Translations under genes and position numbers: made by a program
From: a candidate division TM6 bacterium GW2011_GWF2_32_72
GTDB taxonomy: Bacteria; Babelota; Babeliae; Babelales; CAIQNR01
Direction of reading: 5' to 3'
Length of the DNA: 64,000 nucleotides
NCBI GenBank assembly: GCA_945882015.1
Contig: CAMCVM010000005.1
Coordinates: forward strand, 7,376-71,375
The notes under the pieces: generated by a model
Database searches by the model: none
Told to the model about the DNA's origin: nothing
The model's input: the letters and a program-made list of their open reading frames with translations, nothing else
Part shown: piece by piece, positions 45,128 through 55,022 of the stretch
Layout of the letters: the number at the start of each line of letters is the position of its first letter
Numbering within the stretch: position 1 is the stretch's first letter

Positions 45128-48100
45128 ATGATTAAAAATATAGCGCAAAAACTCTCTTTTTTAAAAAAAGTCTTACTATGTACTGGACTATTTTCTTTGC
45201 AGCATAGTTTTATCGCAGCAAGTATGCCTTCTTTGCTTACTCAAACACAAACCAACGCAGTAAGCTCTGAAGATAAAGCACTACAAATTCGAGTCATAAC
45301 AATTCTTGACTCTTTTTCTATTTTTCTTCATAAAATTGGTACAAGAGTAATGAGTTTAAAACTTTCAGCTCAAGAACGTGATGTTGTTAAAGAATGGATT
45401 ACTCAGATGAAAGAAAATCTAAAAATTCTTAAATCGAAACAATCTTTACAATTTCAATCAAAACAACTGATTCAAGCAACCCTCATGTTATCAGAAGTTG
45501 TTAAAGGAGTTGAAGAATCACTCAAGCAATCACTAAAAGCTTCTCCTGAAATTAATCATTCAGTAGTTAAGCGATCAATACAAGAAGTTACTCCAGATGA
45601 AATTGAAATTTTATTAGCTCAAACCGAATCAAGACTTAAAGGTTTTGACAAACTCATTAACAATATGAGTAAAACTACCTTTAATCGCTTTTACACGTTG
45701 GTTTCTGATAAATGGAATGCCCCTCTGTACTCATTTTCAGGACTTTCTGCGCGAGATAGCCAAAATATTTACTTCAGTTCAATTTTAAAACGATTTGTTA
45801 TTTATGGAACAGGATTAGGACTGATTGTACGAAATTTACCACAACATCATATTAATGCTATTCCAAGTGACTTTATAAAAAATTGGATAGTCCAACCAAT
45901 AAAAGATAGAGTTGGTGGATTCTCGTTCACAACACAAGTGACAACAGAAGACAAAAGTATTCCCGTAACACCAATAAAAGCTGATGGAAATTTATACTTT
46001 GGAAGTATTGGAAATTTTAACCAAATACTTAAAAAAGATAGTCAAGGATTACCTATTGTCACTGCTCTTAATGGTAGTCCGTTACCAGTAGTCTGGAACA
46101 ATGGAAGTTATGGTATAGATATTAATTTTCTTGATAACAAAGATAAAAAGAATTTTGAAAATCTATATCTGCTACTACAGAATGGTTCAAAATTAGAAAT
46201 CACACCTCTCGATCTTAAAAAAGTTATTAATAATGGGAAAATTTTTGCTTTACCTCAAGGTGGGGCTATTCAAGAAATTGCACCTGGAAAATTTATTGAT
46301 TTCTCAACTAAACACACCATAATACCTACAGAAGATATATTTCAAGGAGCTGAAGAAATAGTATATTTTGATAAAAAAAGCCCTTTCTCTTATGATCATA
46401 TTCCAGTTCCTGAAGAACTTATCATCGATAAAAATAAACAAGGAATTGCTATAGCAACGAGTACAACAAAAACGAGCGATCAAATTAATTCAGAAGGTTT
46501 TTTCAGTAAAATAATTGGAAACTTTAACTGGTTGACATCATTAGAAATGGCTAAAATCAGTTTTCAAATTCCAATAGCTGCTTATGTATGCGCTGCTATT
46601 CATGAGGACATACAAAACGCAGGAAAAATCCTTCCTCATCTTGGTACAAAATTACATAAAAAAATGCGCGGTGAACATAATCTACCAAGTGATGTTGACA
46701 CTCCAACTCAAACATTTGATGACATTGTTGGCAGAGAAGCACATAAGAAAGCATTGCAACCATTAATTGATTTTGTAAGCTCTCCTGATGCATTTATTCA
46801 AACTGGTATAGAACTTCCTCGTGGCTGGCTGTTTTCAGGAGAACCACAAACCGGTAAAACACTTATGGTTAGAGCACTTGCTGGAGAACTTTCAAAAACT
46901 ATCAAAAATGAACAAGGTATAAATAGAGATGTTAAGTTGTTTTCTATTCAAGTACATGATTTAATTAAATACGGCCTTCAAGCCTATATTGATATTCTTA
47001 AATCACAAGCTCCTTGTATTCTTTTCTGTGATGAATTTGATTTAACGGGTGCACAACGAGATAGAAACATCAACTTCTTAGCTGAATCATTACAAGCGTT
47101 AAGTGGCTACGCTACATCATCTGACCTGCAAGAATTAGTGCTTTTTGTGATCGCTACCAACTGCCCAGAAAATATTGATTATGCACTGATTAACGATGGA
47201 AGATTTGGTAAAAAACTTTATTTTGAAAATCCATATTTTAAAGATAGAAAAGACTATTTTGAAAAATACTTTAAGAATAAAGTTATTGACGTCAAAATGT
47301 TTAATTTAGATCGTATGGCACAGGAAACAGAAAATTGCTCGTATGGAACATTAAAAGTCATCGCTGATGAAATTTTAAGATCAGCTCAGACAAATAATAT
47401 GCTTCCAACTCAAGTTCATGCTGATTACGCAATTGATGCTATTGTCAAAAAAATTATTCACTATGATGATGACATAAGCGCTCAAGCTACTACGATTCTT
47501 GCCGCACGGTTTGCAGCAAAAGCATTTGTAAGCGTAGTACTTGATTCTAATCAAGAATTTACCTGCGCTACTATTTTAAAAATCACTGAAGACATTAAAG
47601 AAAAGCCTATTATTAACCACTTTGCAAGCGCAGATAAAAAAGAAAAAGCTGGAATTCGTTTTGGAAAAATCTTTTGTTATCATAAAAATGATACCTATAA
47701 TTTAATTTCACAAAAAGAGTTACTCAATGCTTGTAAAATCGCTGTTGCAGGGATTGAAGGACAAAAAGTTTTAGGGCTTGATTACACAGCTTATGCAGAA
47801 GATGAACAAGAAGCTTTAATGCTTGCTCGTAAAATTGTTTTAGACGGAATTGATGAAAAATACTTACCAAAAAAAGTATTACAAGAAAAGTACATGCAAG
47901 CGTACACCTTAGTGCAAGATTGTAAGCAAGAAATGCGCAAACTGTTAACTGAGCATAAAGCTGCTTATAATAAACTGGTAACGTTACTGGAGCGCCGAAA
48001 AACAATTAGAATTGATGCAATCAAAGAATGCTTTGGCAAAGATCTACCCTTAATTAAAGCTAGTTATACCGCTATGCAAGTGCCATTAATATTGACTCAA

Positions 48101-48274
48101 GAGCCATTATCAACACAAACAATAGAAATTGATGAAGATGATAATGATGACGAAGAGCAAGCGCTGCAAGAACAGAAAGAACTTGAACAAGCGCAAGCAG
48201 CTCATTATAAATTTTTACAAGACAATCAAGTTAAAGCCAGCAGTCAAACTGAATCAGAAACTGAGTATGCTTAA
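45128..48274 (+). CDS. FtsH-like AAA+ ATPase lacking the HExxH protease motif
   Basis: FDDIVG, GWLFSGEPQTGKT, LFCDEFD, IATNCPENIDYALINDGRF; M41-like C-terminal region with RFAAK at the HEAGH position. Confidence 0.85.
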   Translation: MIKNIAQKLSFLKKVLLCTGLFSLQHSFIAASMPSLLTQTQTNAVSSEDKALQIRVITILDSFSIFLHKIGTRVMSLKLSAQERDVVKEWITQMKENLKILKSKQSLQFQSKQLIQATLMLSEVVKGVEESLKQSLKASPEINHSVVKRSIQEVTPDEIEILLAQTESRLKGFDKLINNMSKTTFNRFYTLVSDKWNAPLYSFSGLSARDSQNIYFSSILKRFVIYGTGLGLIVRNLPQHHINAIPSDFIKNWIVQPIKDRVGGFSFTTQVTTEDKSIPVTPIKADGNLYFGSIGNFNQILKKDSQGLPIVTALNGSPLPVVWNNGSYGIDINFLDNKDKKNFENLYLLLQNGSKLEITPLDLKKVINNGKIFALPQGGAIQEIAPGKFIDFSTKHTIIPTEDIFQGAEEIVYFDKKSPFSYDHIPVPEELIIDKNKQGIAIATSTTKTSDQINSEGFFSKIIGNFNWLTSLEMAKISFQIPIAAYVCAAIHEDIQNAGKILPHLGTKLHKKMRGEHNLPSDVDTPTQTFDDIVGREAHKKALQPLIDFVSSPDAFIQTGIELPRGWLFSGEPQTGKTLMVRALAGELSKTIKNEQGINRDVKLFSIQVHDLIKYGLQAYIDILKSQAPCILFCDEFDLTGAQRDRNINFLAESLQALSGYATSSDLQELVLFVIATNCPENIDYALINDGRFGKKLYFENPYFKDRKDYFEKYFKNKVIDVKMFNLDRMAQETENCSYGTLKVIADEILRSAQTNNMLPTQVHADYAIDAIVKKIIHYDDDISAQATTILAARFAAKAFVSVVLDSNQEFTCATILKITEDIKEKPIINHFASADKKEKAGIRFGKIFCYHKNDTYNLISQKELLNACKIAVAGIEGQKVLGLDYTAYAEDEQEALMLARKIVLDGIDEKYLPKKVLQEKYMQAYTLVQDCKQEMRKLLTEHKAAYNKLVTLLERRKTIRIDAIKECFGKDLPLIKASYTAMQVPLILTQEPLSTQTIEIDEDDNDDEEQALQEQKELEQAQAAHYKFLQDNQVKASSQTESETEYA

Positions 48275-48361
48275 TTTTTTATAAATAAGCCTGAAATAAA
48301 ACTACTCTTGCCTTTTAGAGGTGCATTACCGTATCTTTAAAAAGTAAGGGTAGTATTTTTT

Positions 48362-48844
48362 ATGGAAGGTTATTGTATGAAAAATTATACATACTTAGTC
48401 AGTTTTTTTGTCTTAGTTGGATTGCAAAGCATTCACCAATTACAAGCAGAAACAAACAATACGCAAGAAATTGAGCTTATTAAAAAAGAAGAAACTGCTT
48501 TAAATAATCTTAAAGCAGCATCTGCGCAAAAGAACGTACCGACTGTTATAAAAGTATTAAAAAATGATATTATTACTTTGGCAGAATCATACAGCGCTAA
48601 GTTTCATGAAGAGCTTGCCAATATGGTTTCTAAAGAACAAAGTAAACAAACAGCAACGCAAGGTAAAACTACAGCTGCTCTACAAAAATTAGAAAATTTT
48701 GTCAGAATCATAAGTACTTTATTAAAAGAATTGCTCAACAATCAACAGCCAGAAATTATAGTGCTCCACAATCAACTTAAACAAATTGAACAAGATGCGG
48801 CACGAGCCTTACAGATTGCTTTTGCAAGAGCTCAAGGTTGGTAG
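48362..48844 (+). CDS. Hypothetical secreted helical protein
   Basis: Signal peptide (MKNYTYLVSFFVLVGLQS); coiled-coil-like body. Confidence 0.7.
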   Translation: MEGYCMKNYTYLVSFFVLVGLQSIHQLQAETNNTQEIELIKKEETALNNLKAASAQKNVPTVIKVLKNDIITLAESYSAKFHEELANMVSKEQSKQTATQGKTTAALQKLENFVRIISTLLKELLNNQQPEIIVLHNQLKQIEQDAARALQIAFARAQGW

Positions 48845-48851
48845 TAATTTA

Positions 48852-49286
48852 TTACAATGCATCAATCATATCAATACGTTCTTGATAACGCCCATCTAAA
48901 AATTTTGCTTCTTGCCAAGCGGTAATCATTGCTAAAGCCATTTCAAGTGAAACAAAATCAGAGGGAATTACTAAAATATTTGCGTTATTATGTTGCCGGC
49001 TTAACACTGCTATTTCACTATTAAAAGCTAATGCTGCATAAATTCCTTTGTGTCTATTTGCAGTAATTGCCATTCCATTACCACTGCCGCACAAGAGCAC
49101 CCCTTCAGCTACTTCTTTACTTTGAATCAATTGCACTACTTTATTTGCATATCCAGGAAAATCGGTGCGTTCTGCCTGATACGTTCCAACATCGGTCCAT
49201 TGATAGAGCTTTAGTAACTTTTTAATTGTTTGCTTGTAGAGTAATCCTCGATGATCAGAGCCTATCGCCATCTTCTTCATCATCAT
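48852..49286 (-). CDS. rpiB: Ribose-5-phosphate isomerase B
   Basis: AIGSDHRG, LLCGSGNGMAITANR, SRQHNNANIL, GRYQERI. Confidence 0.95.
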   Translation of the reverse strand: MMMKKMAIGSDHRGLLYKQTIKKLLKLYQWTDVGTYQAERTDFPGYANKVVQLIQSKEVAEGVLLCGSGNGMAITANRHKGIYAALAFNSEIAVLSRQHNNANILVIPSDFVSLEMALAMITAWQEAKFLDGRYQERIDMIDAL

Positions 49287-49923
49287 GCCCTATTGCTCTT
49301 TGAGTAGTTTCTTCATCAATATTCCAAACAATTGAACCGTAATGCTTCGGACCACTTAAGTAAAGTTCAATTACTTTGGCACCTTCTAAAATATCTTTAC
49401 CTTCTTGGTCTTTTCGCTCAAAACGGATTTCATAAGGCTGTTTATGTTTTGAAAGTTTTTTGCCAAAGAAATGTAAATATTCAGGAGTTAATTCAACTGA
49501 TTTTGTTTCAAGAGGTAAGTAAGTTGTATCCCCTATTTTTAAATAAGCTATCCATTGTGCTGGCTTTATATTCAGTTGAATTTCGTGCGTACTTAAAACA
49601 TAGAAAGTTATGAAATGCGAATTTGCTTTTAATTGACGACGTAAAAAAGTTTGCCTAACTTCTTCAGATCGTCCATGCATTTTTATATATGTGTCTGCGT
49701 ACAATGTCCTAATAGCGTCTGAAAGCCAAAGCACATCAAACAAAGCAATGGTTGTAAACTCATCATAAATCTTAAGAGAACGTAAATAATGATTAATCAA
49801 GGAACGTTCTTCTTGATGCGTTTTACCTTGATCAAATGTTTTATCAGCCCAATCTTTTACTCGACCACATCCAGAAAGTATTAAAAATGACAAGACAAAA
49901 AAAGATCGAAGTGGTAACTTCAT
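49255..49923 (-). CDS. Hypothetical lipoprotein
   Basis: Lipobox LSGC at residues 16-19. Confidence 0.75.
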   Translation of the reverse strand: MKLPLRSFFVLSFLILSGCGRVKDWADKTFDQGKTHQEERSLINHYLRSLKIYDEFTTIALFDVLWLSDAIRTLYADTYIKMHGRSEEVRQTFLRRQLKANSHFITFYVLSTHEIQLNIKPAQWIAYLKIGDTTYLPLETKSVELTPEYLHFFGKKLSKHKQPYEIRFERKDQEGKDILEGAKVIELYLSGPKHYGSIVWNIDEETTQRAIGHDDEEDGDRL

Positions 49924-49980
49924 ACCTATACCTCTTTGTTATATACTAATATTCAATGATAATACTTTAGACTAAAAAAA

Positions 49981-51237
49981 ATGGCGGCACTTTACAAGGT
50001 AAATAAAATGAGTTTTAAAATTTCATGTTTTTTAGCATGGCGTTTTATCGTTGGAGTACATGATAGTCTACGCATAAGTACCGTGAGTAAAATCTGTTTT
50101 TTTTCTATTTTTATTGCAACAACCTGCTTTGCTTTACAAATTTTTGTAGCTCAAGGTTTTGATAAAGCTTTAACCGAAAAAATGCAAAGTATCTACCCTG
50201 AACTCTTACTAGAAAGCCCTCAAGGTAAATCGTTTGATTACCCCACTATTAAAAAAAAATTACTGTCCCAGTTTGATAAAAAAATTATTGCAACCAGCCC
50301 TTGCCACACTAAAAAAATAATTTTAACTGCTCCTGATTCAGAAATTCCATCAGCAGTGATACTCAAAGCAATTGACCCTGCAACAGAGTCTTTAGTTTCT
50401 TCATTACAAGAAAAACTGTTAGATAAAAAAGATTTAGGCAAAGCGTTACAAGACGATTGTATTATCATTGGAAAAGAATTAGCAGCTTTTTATGGATTTA
50501 CTATTGGTGATTCTTGTACCTTACTTTTCACACAAGATGATGAACTTAAGACTTCTACAGAATCTTTTCAGTCTCTGAAAGTAACTATTGGAGCTATCAT
50601 GCAAACTGGTATTATACAATACGACAAATATACGATTATATGTTCTTTACAAACAATGAATGAGTCTTTAGATGAGCCTGCCCTTACACAGATTGGTGTA
50701 AAATTAGCTACTAAGACTCAAGAAGCTCCTTTAATAGAAAAACTTGAACAAGAACTACAAGTTGAAGTTTCGTCATGGAAAACACTCTATCCTGCGCTTG
50801 TTTCGGCAAGTAATCTTGAAAAATATGTAATGTTCTTATTGCTTGCTTTAATGATTAGTATTGCAAGCACAAATATTATCGCTCTTATTTTTATGCAAAT
50901 TACACAAAAAAAACGGGATATTGCACTACTTAAGCTTTTAGGAATGGACGATCAAACATTAACATTACTCTTTACATTCAGCGGAACTATCATCGTAACA
51001 GCTGCCGCATTGTGTGGCATTACCTTTGCAGTACTGATTGGAAAATTTTTACAATGGTATCCCTTTATTGAACTACCTGATGCATATTTTTGCACCCACT
51101 TACCTGTTGAAATTGAATTGAGATCAATTTTTTTAGTACTTGGCACTGTTATCAGCATCGGAACAATTGCTTCATGGTTTTCTGCACGTTCTGCTCGATT
51201 ACTTAAAATTACCGATACGCTCCGTTTTGAAGGATAA
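49981..51237 (+). CDS. LolC/LolE (FtsX-family) ABC permease
   Basis: N-terminal TM, periplasmic domain, KKRDIALLKLLG, FIELPDAYF..LPV. Confidence 0.85.
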   Translation: MAALYKVNKMSFKISCFLAWRFIVGVHDSLRISTVSKICFFSIFIATTCFALQIFVAQGFDKALTEKMQSIYPELLLESPQGKSFDYPTIKKKLLSQFDKKIIATSPCHTKKIILTAPDSEIPSAVILKAIDPATESLVSSLQEKLLDKKDLGKALQDDCIIIGKELAAFYGFTIGDSCTLLFTQDDELKTSTESFQSLKVTIGAIMQTGIIQYDKYTIICSLQTMNESLDEPALTQIGVKLATKTQEAPLIEKLEQELQVEVSSWKTLYPALVSASNLEKYVMFLLLALMISIASTNIIALIFMQITQKKRDIALLKLLGMDDQTLTLLFTFSGTIIVTAAALCGITFAVLIGKFLQWYPFIELPDAYFCTHLPVEIELRSIFLVLGTVISIGTIASWFSARSARLLKITDTLRFEG

Positions 51238-51241
51238 AATT

Positions 51242-52435
51242 ATGAAACAAACAAATAATCTTGCATCTGATTATGTTTCTGAATTACCTAACCTTAACTT
51301 ACATAAGCAACATGTGCTTGTGCGAGTTGATTTAAATGTTACACGTAATCAAGATGGTGCAATTCGTAATGACTTCAAGCTCAAAGCAATTTTACCAACA
51401 CTCCAATTAATCAAAAAAAAAGGTGGCATCATTGTATTACTTGGCCATTGCGGAAGGCCAAAAGCACAAGAAAACAATCTATCACTTGAAGCGATGGTTG
51501 CATGGTTTGAATGTAATGGATTTACTACAACATTTGTGCATACTGCTGCAGAAGGTTTAACACGTTTAAAAACACTAAAAAGCGATATAATACTGCTTGA
51601 AAATCTACGTTTTTTTAAAGAAGAAACTGAACTGAATCAATCATTTGCACAATTGCTTGCTCAATTAGGAACCTATTACGTGCAAGATGCTTTTGCAAAT
51701 TTGCATCGCAATCACACGTCTATGACATTACTAGCTCAACAGTTTGCTCCTGAAAACCGCACTATTGGGCTTTTGGTTGAAAAAGAACTCAAAACTTTAC
51801 GTAATTTACATAATCCTAAAAAACCGTTTATTATGATTGCAGGAGGCAACAAACCAGAAACTAAATTACCCATGATAGAACACTTAATTGATAAAATGAG
51901 TGCGTTTTTACCATGCCCTGCGCTTGTCTTTGCCTTACTCAAAGTACTGAATAAACCAATTGGCAAAACACAAATTAGTGATGCTGCTGTAAAAGCAGCT
52001 GAATCATTCTTAATAAAAGCGCATAAAAATAATCTATCTATCATATGGCCAATTGATTACTTAGTAACGACCAATACCTTTGAAAAACCATCTGGCTGCT
52101 TTGTTACCAAAGTAATCGAAGATAGTCAGGTTGGAATAGCTTTTGGACCTGAAACTGCACAATTGTTTAAACAATCTTTAAAAACAGGGCACACTATCTT
52201 TTTAAATGGCATGTCTGGCAATGCTTATTACCCTGAAACATTAGAAGGTATGCGTATTGTAATGCAAGCTTTACAAAATAGTAATGCAACCAAAATTATT
52301 TCAGGAGGCGATACCGTTGCACTTGCTCAAGAACTCGGTTTTAATGAAATGACCGCAACTTTTTTAACAGGTGGTGGTTCCACTCTTGCTTTCTTGAGTG
52401 GCCAAGTTCTTCCCGGGTTGCTTGCTTTGCGCTAA
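51242..52435 (+). CDS. pgk: Phosphoglycerate kinase
   Basis: LVRVDLNV, GHCGRP, LLENLRF, SGGDT, TGGGSTL..LPG; ATG 51242 after AAGGA. Confidence 0.95.
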   Translation: MKQTNNLASDYVSELPNLNLHKQHVLVRVDLNVTRNQDGAIRNDFKLKAILPTLQLIKKKGGIIVLLGHCGRPKAQENNLSLEAMVAWFECNGFTTTFVHTAAEGLTRLKTLKSDIILLENLRFFKEETELNQSFAQLLAQLGTYYVQDAFANLHRNHTSMTLLAQQFAPENRTIGLLVEKELKTLRNLHNPKKPFIMIAGGNKPETKLPMIEHLIDKMSAFLPCPALVFALLKVLNKPIGKTQISDAAVKAAESFLIKAHKNNLSIIWPIDYLVTTNTFEKPSGCFVTKVIEDSQVGIAFGPETAQLFKQSLKTGHTIFLNGMSGNAYYPETLEGMRIVMQALQNSNATKIISGGDTVALAQELGFNEMTATFLTGGGSTLAFLSGQVLPGLLALR

Positions 52436-52585
52436 TCTCTTTTCAGGTAGCCCAGATTTACGTGCTATTTTTTTCTTTTTTAAAAATTCAATGCGAGCGT
52501 AATAACGTGCCTGATCTAATTTGTAGTAAAGAAATCTATCAACTAATAAAAATAGAGCGATAAAAGCTATAATTTTTTTATTCAT
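52364..52585 (-). CDS. Small hypothetical membrane-anchored basic protein
   Basis: GGAGG SD, MNKKIIAFIALFLLV; overlaps the pgk 3' end by 72 nt. Confidence 0.45.
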   Translation of the reverse strand: MNKKIIAFIALFLLVDRFLYYKLDQARYYARIEFLKKKKIARKSGLPEKRLAQSKQPGKNLATQESKSGTTTC

Positions 52586-52760
52586 CACCCCTGCCTCCAT
52601 AAAACTTTTTTATATAAAAATTCCTTCTTACTCAAAAGAGTATCATTGAAATATTTCTAATTGCAATAGTCTTATGTAGTTTCAAAATTTTTGATACTAC
52701 ATTGTCTTGATTTTTTACTTTAGTAAATGCTGATCTAGAAGGAAAAGTGACATCTTTGAT

Positions 52761-53294
52761 TTAAAAAATAGGACAAAATCCAAAAAGATAAAGTGTGTCT
52801 TCTAAAACCTCTTCAATAATTTCACGCTCTTCTTGATCAGCTAACTCAAAAAGAAATAAGCCATGGTTATCATGTTTGATCGTTAAAATTTTGTGCAATG
52901 GCTTTTCAAATTCTAATTCACCAGCTAGATGGGAAATAAGGGTATGTTCTGATGCGCCTAATTTTTTATGGCTTCTTTTGCCAATTGACCGTACCTTGCG
53001 ATTAAAAGGTGAATTTTTCATGTGCTGTGTAAATTCATCTTGAGTATTCCAGTGTTCTGGATGATGAAACATTTCTTTATGATGAAATCCCGCAAGGCCT
53101 CTTAAGATGTCAAAATCTGGATTATCAACAAAATAAGCTGCTTTTGAAAGATTAAAGCAGTGTGGGCGAGCTAAATGTTGTAATAAAAATTCTGTCATAT
53201 TGTCTGCTCCGTGTATTTTTGTCATTTTATTAGGAAGACTACAAATACAACGTAACAGCTCATTTTTACGTTGTTGGTTATCTTTTTTTTTCAT
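52761..53294 (-). CDS. Hypothetical cytoplasmic protein, possibly GAF-like
   Basis: 177-aa ORF with an alternating helix/strand pattern; no family recognised with certainty. Confidence 0.65.
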   Translation of the reverse strand: MKKKDNQQRKNELLRCICSLPNKMTKIHGADNMTEFLLQHLARPHCFNLSKAAYFVDNPDFDILRGLAGFHHKEMFHHPEHWNTQDEFTQHMKNSPFNRKVRSIGKRSHKKLGASEHTLISHLAGELEFEKPLHKILTIKHDNHGLFLFELADQEEREIIEEVLEDTLYLFGFCPIF

Positions 53295-53481
53295 TTTACT
53301 TCTTTCCTGTTAAAATATACAAGATACGCGTTAGCTTTTTTGGTAGCTTATTAAGAGTAATTGTAATAATTCACTTAAGAATAAATCAAGAGTTAACTGG
53401 AATAACTGTTTACTTTTTTTTCTTATTTTTTATAAATTTTTTTATAGACATTAAAAAAATAGGCTTTCCAAGGAGTTTTTT

Positions 53482-54534
53482 GTGTTGAATATAGGTTTGT
53501 TTTTTATGCTTCTTTTGAATTTTTTTGGCCTGCATGAAACTTCTTGCAGAAGTCCGTTACGAAATCCTAATCCATTATGCCCACGCATAACAACCCAATG
53601 GGCAGGAAATAGCCAACAGTTCCAGTTAACTGACTGGCACCTTGAAATTAATGCGCTCTTTCACTTATATGATAAAAAACATTTTATAGAAAATCTTTTA
53701 CCTACTGATACGATACATTTTCGCAATCACCATGATCAATCAATACAAGGCACCATTCTTTCAGGGCTGATTGAAGAACTACTTGCGGAAGTTAAAAAAG
53801 GCAAAAAACAGTATAAAAATTTTCATATCTTGAAAAATAGAGACTTCAATGTAAAAAAACAAGCGGGACTACTTGTTGTAAAATGTAAAGATTACCCTTT
53901 TGTAGTAAAACTTTTCATGGAAACACCTCGCAGTTTTATTCGGCCCTATAATAAAGGGTTTGAACCGATTTGCTTTTTTATTATTGGCGGAGGAGCTACG
54001 CGCCATTTTATTGGATTTACTCGCATTAAAAATCTGTTAACAATTAATGAAAGAATTAAAAAAAATAGTCACTGGTCAAAGCGAGTTGACACTCCACGCA
54101 AATGGTTCTGGTTACCAAAAGAAGAAAAAAATATCCTCCTAACTGGTTATAATATTGGCGGACATGAAAAAATTGAACTTGAATTTCCAGGGATTTATGC
54201 AATTGTTACTGATGAAATTAAAGCATCAAGAAAATTTTCTATTTTTTCTTCAGAAGACAGAGCAACTGCTATTGATTTAAGTAACTACTTATTATGCCGT
54301 ATTGATCCGCATATTGAAAATTTTTTAATAGAAAAAGAAACTGATAAAATACTTTTAATTGATACGGAGCATTTCCCGTCATTAGTAGGCTTTAAAGAAC
54401 GACCAAGAATTACCAGTTATACTTCTTGGTACTTACATCTTTTTACTAAATTTATTAAAAATTATTTTTGCCGCTCAAAACAAGCTCGATACGACTTACA
54501 GCGCTACCCAACCGCTCCTTTTTCAATGCCTTAA
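53482..54534 (+). CDS. Exported protein with protein-kinase-like fold motifs
   Basis: FVVKLF (beta3 Lys), YAIVTDEI (hinge), IDPHIEN (DxHxxN loop), LLIDTE (DFG-like); GTG start after AAGGAG. Confidence 0.6.
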   Translation: MLNIGLFFMLLLNFFGLHETSCRSPLRNPNPLCPRITTQWAGNSQQFQLTDWHLEINALFHLYDKKHFIENLLPTDTIHFRNHHDQSIQGTILSGLIEELLAEVKKGKKQYKNFHILKNRDFNVKKQAGLLVVKCKDYPFVVKLFMETPRSFIRPYNKGFEPICFFIIGGGATRHFIGFTRIKNLLTINERIKKNSHWSKRVDTPRKWFWLPKEEKNILLTGYNIGGHEKIELEFPGIYAIVTDEIKASRKFSIFSSEDRATAIDLSNYLLCRIDPHIENFLIEKETDKILLIDTEHFPSLVGFKERPRITSYTSWYLHLFTKFIKNYFCRSKQARYDLQRYPTAPFSMP

Positions 54535-55005
54535 GGCTAAGACTTTATTTTTAAGTCCTTTAAGTTTATCGCCTGCCTTTTGAGCATATCTTTTTGCAGT
54601 GTGCATCCATGTAATTTCTTCTGATTTTTTATAATCGTAATAGTTCTCTAAAAGGGCAAATCGTGTTAAAAAAAGACGAACCTTGCGAGCTTGCTCGGTT
54701 GAATCATCAAGGTCAAAAATGTACGGTTCAATTTCTTTGTACCAATCCTTTTTTTCTTTCCTTAATTGTTCAAAAGCGCTAAAGCGTAAACGGCGTAAAT
54801 ATCGTTTTTTGCTGTTTTTACGTTTCCTACTTGTTTTTTCAAGAAACTGACTATAAAAAGAAGTAAATGCTTCTTGCTCTTGCTGAGGAACAACAAACTC
54901 TAAAAAAGAATCTAATGAATCATCCAAAATTGAATAAGCTCCTATTGAACTTATCATGAGTAGTGCAATACCTAGTATTTTTTTGTGATTATATAAAACG
55001 CTCAT
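54523..55005 (-). CDS. Hypothetical exported protein
   Basis: N-terminal hydrophobic segment; basic cluster RKRKNSKKR; SD GGAG. Confidence 0.65.
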   Translation of the reverse strand: MSVLYNHKKILGIALLMISSIGAYSILDDSLDSFLEFVVPQQEQEAFTSFYSQFLEKTSRKRKNSKKRYLRRLRFSAFEQLRKEKKDWYKEIEPYIFDLDDSTEQARKVRLFLTRFALLENYYDYKKSEEITWMHTAKRYAQKAGDKLKGLKNKVLALRH

Positions 55006-55022
55006 TCCTTACTCTCCAAGGT

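Noticed and set aside
48296-48360. ACTACTCTT/AAGGGTAGT inverted repeat after the FtsH-like gene
   Set aside because: Loop of about 37 nt and a weak stem; cannot distinguish terminator from promoter region.
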